Positions 17,494 through 24,338 of a DNA stretch of 64,000 nucleotides are shown piece by piece. Source of the DNA: Eubacteriales bacterium (GTDB lineage Bacteria; Bacillota; Clostridia; Oscillospirales; QAKW01); contig JAZOSU010000035.1 of the NCBI GenBank assembly GCA_045657265.1, forward strand, positions 44 through 64,043, given 5' to 3'. The notes beneath the pieces are model-generated. The model made no database searches, was not told the origin of the DNA, and saw only the letters and a list, made by a program, of their open reading frames with translations. Position 1 is the first letter of the stretch. Each line of letters opens with the position of its first letter. Made by a program: the position numbers and the translations under genes.

Positions 17494-17522
17494 ATTTTAA
17501 CACTTTATCACGCTAAAGTCAA
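17494..17522 (-). promoter_or_regulatory. Sigma-A-type promoter of the yerC-his operon, with an inverted repeat in the spacer
   Basis: Minus strand reads TTGACT (17522-17517), a 17-nt spacer, then TAAAAT (17499-17494). The spacer contains ACTTTA-N6-TAAAGT (17502-17519). Confidence 0.55.
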
Positions 17523-17542
17523 TAGTTATTTTTAAAAATATT

Positions 17543-17576
17543 AAACCCCGACTTACTAAAATAAAGTCGGGGTTTT
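17543..17576 (-). terminator. Rho-independent terminator of the mini transcription unit upstream of the his promoter
   Basis: CCCCGACTT (17546-54)/AAGTCGGGG (17564-72) with a 9-nt loop, flanked by A/T runs on both sides. Confidence 0.55.
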
Positions 17577-17605
17577 ATCAGCATTTACAAGCAATACGTG
17601 ATCAG

Positions 17606-17701
17606 TTAAAAGCATTGCTTTATGCCCAAGCTCATATGTTTTTCAGGTGTATGCACTCCGTCTGAAAATGTAGAATGCATATGAGTATTTGCAAAATACA
17701 C
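17606..17701 (-). pseudogene. 31-codon ORF encoding only the N-terminal metal-binding motif of a PHP-domain phosphoesterase (remnant or small protein)
   Basis: GTG at 17701 lies 5 nt after GGGAGGGG. Translation is MYFANTHMHSTFSDGVHTPEKHMSLGIKQCF*. 'HMHSTFSDG..TPE' is the typical start of PHP-family phosphatases (about 250+ aa). The ORF stops after 31 codons and no continuation exists in any frame. Confidence 0.4.
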
Positions 17702-17724
17702 AATAACCCCTCCCTTTTTCATTA

Positions 17725-17753
17725 ATTATAATTTTAATCATTATTTGAGTCAA
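17725..17753 (-). promoter_or_regulatory. Near-consensus sigma-A promoter driving the 31-codon ORF
   Basis: Minus strand reads TTGACT (17753-17748), a 17-nt spacer, then TATAAT (17730-17725). Confidence 0.5.
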
Positions 17754-17759
17754 GGTATC

Positions 17760-17788
17760 TTGCAATATATTATAATATTTGTTAAAAT
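17760..17788 (+). promoter_or_regulatory. Candidate promoter of the tagA-thyX-tmk operon
   Basis: TTGCAA (17760-65), a 17-nt spacer, then TAAAAT (17783-88). RBS AAGAGG precedes the ATG at 17821. Back-to-back with the minus-strand promoter. Confidence 0.5.
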
Positions 17789-17820
17789 AAATTGATAAAC
17801 TAATTAATAAGAGGTTTACT

Positions 17821-18558
17821 ATGAAAAAAGATATTTTAGGCGTTATGGTGGACAGCGTTACGATGGATGAGGCAGTTGCCCAGATTTCAGAGTATCTTGA
17901 CACAAATGACGCGCATATTGTTGTAACTCCAAATGCGGAAATTATTAAAGTCTGCGCTGAAAACAAAGAGTTTTGCGATACAGTAAACAAAGCATCTTTT
18001 ATAGCTCCTGACGGCGTAGGCGTTTTATATGCCGCAAAGGTTCTCGGTACTCCTATCAAAGAAAAGGTTGCAGGCTGCGACCTTGGATACAACCTTTTAT
18101 TTGAAGCAGCCAAAAAAGGCAAAGGCGTATTCTTTTTCGGTTCAAAGCCCGGCGTTGCAGAAACTGCCGCCGAAAAACTCAAAGAGAAAGTTGCGAATCT
18201 TATCGTGTCAGGCACAAGAGACGGTTATTTCAAGCCTGAAGACACAGACGATATAATAAAACAAATAAATGACAGCGGCGCTTCGATGCTGTGGGTATGT
18301 CTGGGCGCTCCCAAGCAGGAAAACTGGATGGCAGAAAACAAGGACAAGCTGAATGTCGGCGTTATGCTTGGTCTTGGCGGAAGTCTTGACGTTTATGCAG
18401 GCAACGTAAAACGCGCCCCTAAATTTATGATAAAAATGAAGCTTGAATGGCTCTACAGACTTATAAAAGAACCATGGCGTTTTAGCAGAATGATAAAAAT
18501 ACCCGGTGTGCTTGTAATTGCCCACCGTGAAGCAAAAAGGAGAAAGAAAAATGTCTGA
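17821..18558 (+). CDS. tagA: WecB/TagA/CpsF-family glycosyltransferase (UDP-ManNAc transferase-like)
   Basis: 245 aa with 'VVTPNAEI', 'DGVGVLYAAKVLG', 'VFFFGSKPGVAE', 'LWVCLGAPKQENWM', 'GLGGSLDVYAG' and 'LEWLYRL..EPWR'. Confidence 0.85.
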   Translation: MKKDILGVMVDSVTMDEAVAQISEYLDTNDAHIVVTPNAEIIKVCAENKEFCDTVNKASFIAPDGVGVLYAAKVLGTPIKEKVAGCDLGYNLLFEAAKKGKGVFFFGSKPGVAETAAEKLKEKVANLIVSGTRDGYFKPEDTDDIIKQINDSGASMLWVCLGAPKQENWMAENKDKLNVGVMLGLGGSLDVYAGNVKRAPKFMIKMKLEWLYRLIKEPWRFSRMIKIPGVLVIAHREAKRRKKNV

Positions 18559-19294
18559 ACTTCGTGTAACACTTTTAACTCATACCCCCGAACCGCAGAA
18601 AATTATGGCGGCTGCTGCAAAGCTCTGCTATGCAAGAGCTGATATTGATACCGTTATGGACGGTCTTACCCCTGAAAAAACCGATAATTTTATTGATATG
18701 CTTGCAGGACTCGGTCACGAAAGTCCTATGGAGCATATGACCTTTTCATTCGGTATAGAAAACGTTTCACGTTCACTTCTTGCGCAGATTACACGTCACC
18801 GTATGGCGTCTTTTTCTGTTCAGAGTCAGAGATACGTAGCAGAGCACGATTTTGAGTTTGTAACTCCCCCACAGATAGCAAACGATGCAAAAGCATCAGA
18901 GCTTTATCTTGAGACTATGAAAAACATAACCAAATCATACAATGCTCTTGCAGATTTACTTAAAGAAAAAAACATAGCAGAGGGAATGGAAGCAAAAACT
19001 GCTGAGAAAAAAGCAATTGAAGATGCAAGATACGTTCTTCCCAATGCTTGTACCACAAAAATGATAGTTACAATGAACGCGCGTTCACTTCACAACTTTT
19101 TCAAACTCCGTTGTTGCAACCGCGCACAATGGGAAATCCGCGACCTTGCATGTCAGATGCTTTCTTTGGTAAAAGAGGTTGCTCCCAACGTATTTAAAAA
19201 TGCAGGTCCCGACTGTGTCAGAGGCGCATGTTCAGAGGGCAGAATGACCTGCGGAGAAGCCGCGGCTATGCGCAAAAAATTCAAGGGAGAATAA
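18551..19294 (+). CDS. thyX: FAD-dependent thymidylate synthase
   Basis: ThyX motif 'RHRMASFSVQSQRY'. 'H.SPMEHM.F.F' is also present. The ATG at 18551 (MSELRVTLL) overlaps the tagA end. Confidence 0.95.
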   Translation: MSELRVTLLTHTPEPQKIMAAAAKLCYARADIDTVMDGLTPEKTDNFIDMLAGLGHESPMEHMTFSFGIENVSRSLLAQITRHRMASFSVQSQRYVAEHDFEFVTPPQIANDAKASELYLETMKNITKSYNALADLLKEKNIAEGMEAKTAEKKAIEDARYVLPNACTTKMIVTMNARSLHNFFKLRCCNRAQWEIRDLACQMLSLVKEVAPNVFKNAGPDCVRGACSEGRMTCGEAAAMRKKFKGE

Positions 19295-19299
19295 TTAAA

Positions 19300-19971
19300 A
19301 TGCCTTTAATAGTAATAGAAGGTCTTGACGGAAGCGGCAAAGCTACCAATGCAAATGCCCTTTATCAGAAACTTGAAAGTCTCGGAAAAAAAGTCAAAAA
19401 AATATCTTTTCCCGACTATGACAGTAATTCAAGCGCACTTGTAAAAATGTATCTTGCAGGTAAATTCGGCTCAAAACCCACTGACGTTAATGCTTATGCC
19501 GCATCAGCATTTTACGCTGTAGACAGATTTGCAAGTTTCAAAGCAAACTGGCAGAAAGAATACGAAAACGGTGACTGGATAATTGCAGACCGTTATACCA
19601 CTTCAAATGCAGTTCATCAGGCGTCCAAGCTTTGCGGCAAGGAGCGTGACGATTATTTTGAGTGGCTTTACGATTTTGAATTTAACAAAATGGGTCTTCC
19701 AAAGCCCGATGCCGTTATTTATCTTGACGTTATTCCCGAAGTGTCTCAGAAGCTTATGACAGGACGCTATGACGGTGACGAAAATAAAAAAGACATTCAC
19801 GAAGCTGACACCGAATATCTTAAAAAAAGCAGAGAATCTGCTCTTTATGCGGCTCAGAAACTTGGCTGGAACGTAGTTACTCTTTGCAAGGATGGTCAGA
19901 TGCTTTCAAAAGAAGATGCATTTGCAAAAGTATTTGATAAAATAAAGGAACTTTATGGAGATAAACTTTAA
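19300..19971 (+). CDS. tmk: Thymidylate (dTMP) kinase
   Basis: 'IVIEGLDGSGKAT' P-loop and 'IADRYTTSNAVHQ'. ATG at 19300, 6 nt after the thyX stop. Confidence 0.93.
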   Translation: MPLIVIEGLDGSGKATNANALYQKLESLGKKVKKISFPDYDSNSSALVKMYLAGKFGSKPTDVNAYAASAFYAVDRFASFKANWQKEYENGDWIIADRYTTSNAVHQASKLCGKERDDYFEWLYDFEFNKMGLPKPDAVIYLDVIPEVSQKLMTGRYDGDENKKDIHEADTEYLKKSRESALYAAQKLGWNVVTLCKDGQMLSKEDAFAKVFDKIKELYGDKL

Positions 19972-20824
19972 AAACCCAACTTTTTCCGATAAACCTATAG
20001 TTGACAAACTGCTTTTTGAATCAGAAAAACGGTTTTGCGAGTATACTTTCGGTAATATAATTTGTTGGGGCGCAAAATATGATATAAGCCTCGCAATTAC
20101 CGAAAAGGGATTTATTACAGGTAGTCCCAAAAGAGCATATTTTAGTTTTCCTATAGGAGAGGACAAAGACGAAATAATCCGTGAACTTATAAATAAGTAT
20201 CCCGAGTTTTCTCTCTCCTCGCTTTCTGAAAAAGAAGCGGAATATTTAAAAGATAATTTTGATAATTTTGAAATCACACCCGCTCCTGCCCGTTTTGACT
20301 ACATTTATCTATCTGAAAAACTGTCAACCTTATCAGGCAAAAAACTTGCATCAAAACGCAACCACATAAACGCATTTTTATCAAGCGGAAAGTGGCACAC
20401 TGAAATACTTGAAGCAAAACATATCCCTCTTCTTTATGAGTTCAACAAAGAGTGGTGTATGGGACTTTGCGATGAAAAAGATTCATCTCTTGCCGCTGAA
20501 ATGTGCGCTGTAAATACAGGGCTTGAAAACTATCAAGCTCTCGGTTTTTGCGGTCTTGTTCTTTATAAAGACGGAAAAATCGCAGGATATAGCTACGGTG
20601 AGCCTATCAACAAAGATACTTTTTGCGTTCACGTTGAAAAAGCCGATATAAACATCCGCGGAGCATATCAGATGATAAACCGCGAGTTTGTACGCACCTA
20701 TTGTCAGGACTATACCTACGTCAACCGTGAAGACGATGCAGGTGACGAGGGACTGAGAAAAGCAAAACTCAGCTACTACCCCACAAACGTTGGCAGTAAA
20801 TGGAAGGCGGTATATAAAAAATGA
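19955..20824 (+). CDS. DUF2156-type protein (related to the C-terminal domain of lysyl-phosphatidylglycerol synthase; GNAT-like fold)
   Basis: 289 aa. 'LASKRNHINAF', 'VHVEKADINIRGAYQMINREF' and 'VNREDDAGDEGLRKAKLSYYP' match the DUF2156 pattern as I recall it. Overlaps tmk by 17 nt. Confidence 0.7.
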   Translation: MEINFKNPTFSDKPIVDKLLFESEKRFCEYTFGNIICWGAKYDISLAITEKGFITGSPKRAYFSFPIGEDKDEIIRELINKYPEFSLSSLSEKEAEYLKDNFDNFEITPAPARFDYIYLSEKLSTLSGKKLASKRNHINAFLSSGKWHTEILEAKHIPLLYEFNKEWCMGLCDEKDSSLAAEMCAVNTGLENYQALGFCGLVLYKDGKIAGYSYGEPINKDTFCVHVEKADINIRGAYQMINREFVRTYCQDYTYVNREDDAGDEGLRKAKLSYYPTNVGSKWKAVYKK

Positions 20825-21375
20825 AAAAAGTTTACGTATTTTTAGCAGAAGGCTTTGAAGAGGTTGAAGCTCTTACTCCTGTTGATATTTTAAGAAGAGC
20901 AGGAGCAGATGTTACAATGCTTTCTGTAACAGACTCTCTTACTGTCAAAGGCGCAAGAAACATAGGCGTTCTGGCAGACGGACTGCTTTGCAATACTGAT
21001 ATCTCAGATGCAGATATGATAATTCTGCCCGGCGGATATCCCGGATTTGAAAATCTTGCCAAAAGCAAAGAGGTTATGTCTGCAATAGATTTTATGAATA
21101 AAAACAAAAGATACATTGCATCTATCTGCGGTGCGCCTGCGGCAGTGCTTGGCAAAAACGGATATCTCAAAGACAAAATTGCCGTTTGTTATCCCGATAT
21201 GGAAGATGACCTTAACTGTAAAAGCGTATCTGCAGACGACGTTTGCATATCAGATAATTTTATCACTTCAAAAAGCGCGGCAACTGCAATGAGCTTTTCT
21301 CTTGCACTTACAAAACTGCTTTTCGGACAAGAGAAATATGAAAATATAAAGAAGAGTATAGTATACAATGACTAA
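20821..21375 (+). CDS. DJ-1/PfpI (ThiJ/YajL-like) family protein
   Basis: 'KVYVFLAEGFEEVEALTPVDILRRAG', 'ILPGG' and 'ASICGAPAAVL' (nucleophile-elbow Cys). Confidence 0.85.
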   Translation: MKKVYVFLAEGFEEVEALTPVDILRRAGADVTMLSVTDSLTVKGARNIGVLADGLLCNTDISDADMIILPGGYPGFENLAKSKEVMSAIDFMNKNKRYIASICGAPAAVLGKNGYLKDKIAVCYPDMEDDLNCKSVSADDVCISDNFITSKSAATAMSFSLALTKLLFGQEKYENIKKSIVYND

Positions 21376-22267
21376 AAAAAGCCAGAACACCATAGCAAAA
21401 AAAATATCACTTTTATTGCTTATAATTCTTTCAATGCTTTTCCTGATGGATGCTCTGTCGGGATATCTTTTAAAGAATATAACCAACCTGCACAAGATAC
21501 TCATTTATTGTGTTATTTTTCTGATACCAATTTTTATATATATCAGAAAAAACAAATACAAAGCATCTGAAATCTGCAAACTTTCACACGTTAAACTGCG
21601 CTATCTCCCGTTTATAATCCTTTTCGGACTTTCGGTTTCAATAATAAGCGCGCTTATAAACGCGGCAAGTTCTGCGGTTTTAAGTAATTTCTTCGATATA
21701 AGTATTCCTACGTCAACGGTTGTGTTTGCAAGTGAAAATCCCTTTGTAATAGGACTTACTCACGTGTTTTTACCTGCTTTTTGCGAAGAACTTCTTATAA
21801 GAGGCGTTGCCCTTTCGGAGTACGAAAAATATGGAGTTTCAGTGTCGGTTCTTATAACTGCCCTCATTTTTTCGTTGTTTCACGGCTCGGCAGTTACCTT
21901 CCTTTCGCTTTTTGTGGCAGGTGTATTTTATGCGGTGCTTACACATCTTTTCAAAAGTGTATGGCCCGCAATTTTATGCCACTGCATCAACAACGCTCTT
22001 TCGGTATACATCAGTTATCATTCTGACTACATAAAATATCTTGCTGACGATTTTATTTTTGCGGCAATTTTATGCGTGGTTATCTTTGTAATTCTTTATC
22101 TTACCCTGAGATTTACCGAAAATCTCATTGACGATTTAGGTGACAAAAAACGTCTTAAAACCAATACACGCAAACTGGTTTACGGCGAACCGCTTGCCTC
22201 CTTGTATATTTGGGTTTTCATTATACTCAGCGTAATATTTTCTATTAAAAATACGGGGCTAATATGA
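21368..22267 (+). CDS. CPBP-family (CAAX/Abi) intramembrane glutamic protease
   Basis: Multi-pass hydrophobic protein carrying 'AFCEELLIRG', 'FSLFHG' and 'HCINNAL'. Confidence 0.8.
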   Translation: MTKKSQNTIAKKISLLLLIILSMLFLMDALSGYLLKNITNLHKILIYCVIFLIPIFIYIRKNKYKASEICKLSHVKLRYLPFIILFGLSVSIISALINAASSAVLSNFFDISIPTSTVVFASENPFVIGLTHVFLPAFCEELLIRGVALSEYEKYGVSVSVLITALIFSLFHGSAVTFLSLFVAGVFYAVLTHLFKSVWPAILCHCINNALSVYISYHSDYIKYLADDFIFAAILCVVIFVILYLTLRFTENLIDDLGDKKRLKTNTRKLVYGEPLASLYIWVFIILSVIFSIKNTGLI

Positions 22268-22935
22268 TTAAGAATATTTTATTTGATCTTGACGATACCA
22301 TATTTGATTTCAAAAAATCAGAAGCTGTTGCCATTTCCAATACACTTTCAGAGCTGGGGGCTGTGCCTTCAGCTTTTATTATAAAAAGGTACAGCGAAAT
22401 AAACGACAGTATGTGGAAACAGCTTGAAAAGGGTACACTTACAAGAGAGCAGATTCTCGTTATGAGATTTGCGGTTTTGTTTGAAGAATTCGGTATACAG
22501 GCAAACCCTGCCGAAACCCGAAAGATTTATGAAAAACATCTTTCAAGCGGTCACTTTTTTATAGACGGCGCTTTGGACGTTATTAAAAAGCTTTATAAAA
22601 AATATAATTTATATATTGTATCAAACGGTACCGCAACTGTTCAGAAAGGCAGACTTGAAAGTTCGGGAATTGAAAAATATTTTAAGAAAATATTTATTTC
22701 TCAGAACATAGGATATAATAAGCCTGACATTCGTTTTTTTAAAAAAGTTTTTGAGCAGATAGAAAATTTCAGATCTGATGAAATCATAATAGTAGGCGAC
22801 AGTCTCACCTCCGACATACAAGGCGGAATCAACGCAGGTATAAAAACCGTATGGTACTGTCCCAACGGCTCACCTGATACGTCACCGGCGGATTTTGTTA
22901 TCAGAAATCTTGATGAAATTTTTAATATAGTTTGA
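22264..22935 (+). CDS. HAD-superfamily hydrolase, YjjG-like nucleotidase subfamily
   Basis: 'ILFDLDDTIFDF' (DxD motif I), 'IVSNG' and 'VGDSLTSDIQGGINAG'. Confidence 0.85.
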   Translation: MIKNILFDLDDTIFDFKKSEAVAISNTLSELGAVPSAFIIKRYSEINDSMWKQLEKGTLTREQILVMRFAVLFEEFGIQANPAETRKIYEKHLSSGHFFIDGALDVIKKLYKKYNLYIVSNGTATVQKGRLESSGIEKYFKKIFISQNIGYNKPDIRFFKKVFEQIENFRSDEIIIVGDSLTSDIQGGINAGIKTVWYCPNGSPDTSPADFVIRNLDEIFNIV

Positions 22936-23004
22936 TTTTATTAATAATTTTGTAAAATATATTGCATATAATTATTAGCATAAATTTATTATGAGGTAAA
23001 AGTA

Positions 23005-24228
23005 ATGGCTGAATACAACAATTACAATTCACATGGGTACGGATACGGTTATAACGGATATAATCCTAACAGAAAACCCGAAAAAGAGAAAAAGACGTTA
23101 AAAGCATCGTCTGTTATCGCGATATGCGCAGTTCTTTCTCTCACAATGGGTATAATCGGCGGTTTTACAGGATATCTTATTTCATCGGTGGGAAAAGGAG
23201 AAGGTCTCATAGGTGGCACTACTGTTATATACAGGGACGTCACCGTAAAAGATAGTGAGGGCAAAGAAATTGAAAATCAGATGTCAGTTGGAGAAATTGC
23301 CCAGATGTCAAAAGACAGCGTTGTAGAAATTACAACAGAAGCGGTATCTACAGGCAGTTTTATGATGCAATACGTTGCTGAGGGTGCAGGAAGCGGAGTT
23401 ATTTTGACAGAAGACGGTTACATAGTAACCAACCACCACGTTATTGACGGAGCAACGTCCATATCAGTCAGAACAACCGACGGCAAAAGTCACAAAGCAA
23501 CACTTGTTGGAACAGACGAAAGAACTGACCTTGCAGTTATAAAAATTGATGCAAAAGACCTTAAGAGCGCAGTTGTAGGTGATTTTAAAAACTGCAAACT
23601 CGGTGATACTGTAGTTGCCATAGGCAACCCATTAGGTCAGCTTGGCGGTACCGTTACAGACGGTATCATAAGCGCTCTTGACCGTGAAATCACTATTGAT
23701 AACAACATAATGACTCTTATTCAGACAAACACCGCAATTAATCCCGGTAACTCGGGAGGCGGTCTTTTCAACACAAGCGGCCAGCTTATAGGCATAGTTA
23801 ATGCAAAATCTTCGGGAGAAGACGTAGAAGGTCTCGGCTTTGCAATTCCCATAGACCTTGCGCAAAACGTAATTAAAGACCTCATAGAACACGGCTACGT
23901 TACAGGAAGAGTTGATTCAGGCATAGAAGTCCTTGAAATTTCCGATTTCCAGAGCGCAATGTATTACAGAGTATCTGCAACAGGGCTTTATGTTTACAGC
24001 GTTGCAGAGGGCAGCAAAGCAGCAAACGCAGGATTCCGCTCAGGTGATCTTATCAAATCCATTGACGGCGCAGATATTTCAACTGATGACGAGTACAATA
24101 AAATTATTGAAGAACACAAAATAGGTGACTCCCTTTCTGTAACAGTTATCAGAAAAAATCAAGAGATTACATTAAACCTTGAACTTGTTGAATATAAACC
24201 CACAAGCTCAAATCCATTGATATCTTAA
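23005..24228 (+). CDS. htrA: HtrA/DegP-family serine protease with N-terminal membrane anchor and C-terminal PDZ domain
   Basis: TM segment 'VIAICAVLSLTMGIIGGFTGYLI'. Catalytic triad contexts 'TNHHVI', 'DLAVIKI' and 'GNSGGGLFN'. PDZ-like 'AGFRSGDLIKSIDG'. Confidence 0.9.
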   Translation: MAEYNNYNSHGYGYGYNGYNPNRKPEKEKKTLKASSVIAICAVLSLTMGIIGGFTGYLISSVGKGEGLIGGTTVIYRDVTVKDSEGKEIENQMSVGEIAQMSKDSVVEITTEAVSTGSFMMQYVAEGAGSGVILTEDGYIVTNHHVIDGATSISVRTTDGKSHKATLVGTDERTDLAVIKIDAKDLKSAVVGDFKNCKLGDTVVAIGNPLGQLGGTVTDGIISALDREITIDNNIMTLIQTNTAINPGNSGGGLFNTSGQLIGIVNAKSSGEDVEGLGFAIPIDLAQNVIKDLIEHGYVTGRVDSGIEVLEISDFQSAMYYRVSATGLYVYSVAEGSKAANAGFRSGDLIKSIDGADISTDDEYNKIIEEHKIGDSLSVTVIRKNQEITLNLELVEYKPTSSNPLIS

Positions 24229-24241
24229 AAATTTATAAATC

Positions 24242-24280
24242 AAAAAACAGGTTGAAAGCATTAGTTTCAACCTGTTGTTT
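24242..24280 (+). terminator. Rho-independent terminator of htrA
   Basis: AACAGGTTGAAA (24246-57), loop GCATTAG, TTTCAACCTGTT (24265-76), then a T-rich tail. Confidence 0.65.
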
Positions 24281-24297
24281 ATATGGTAATTTATATT

Positions 24298-24334
24298 AAA
24301 AAAGACGGAACTTCATTTGAAATTCCGTCTTTTT
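24298..24334 (-). terminator. Terminator downstream of the 2,225-aa SLH protein gene (bidirectional shape)
   Basis: AAAGACGGAA (24301-10)/TTCCGTCTTT (24323-32), flanked by an A-run and a T-run. Confidence 0.6.
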
Positions 24335-24338
24335 ATTA

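Noticed and set aside
17461-17760. A T-box riboswitch or classical His-leader-peptide attenuator upstream of the his operon.
   Set aside because: No T-box consensus (AGGGTGGNACCGCG-like) or specifier-loop architecture is visible. The 31-codon ORF has four scattered His codons, not a His run. A full promoter lies between the hairpin and yerC, so the hairpin is not in the yerC leader. Read-through regulation cannot be fully excluded.
17643-18215. A 190-aa minus-strand ORF overlapping the tagA 5' region and the intergenic promoters.
   Set aside because: It is antisense to a well-supported WecB/TagA gene and runs through two promoter regions. Its 3' part is just another frame of the 31-codon PHP-motif ORF region.
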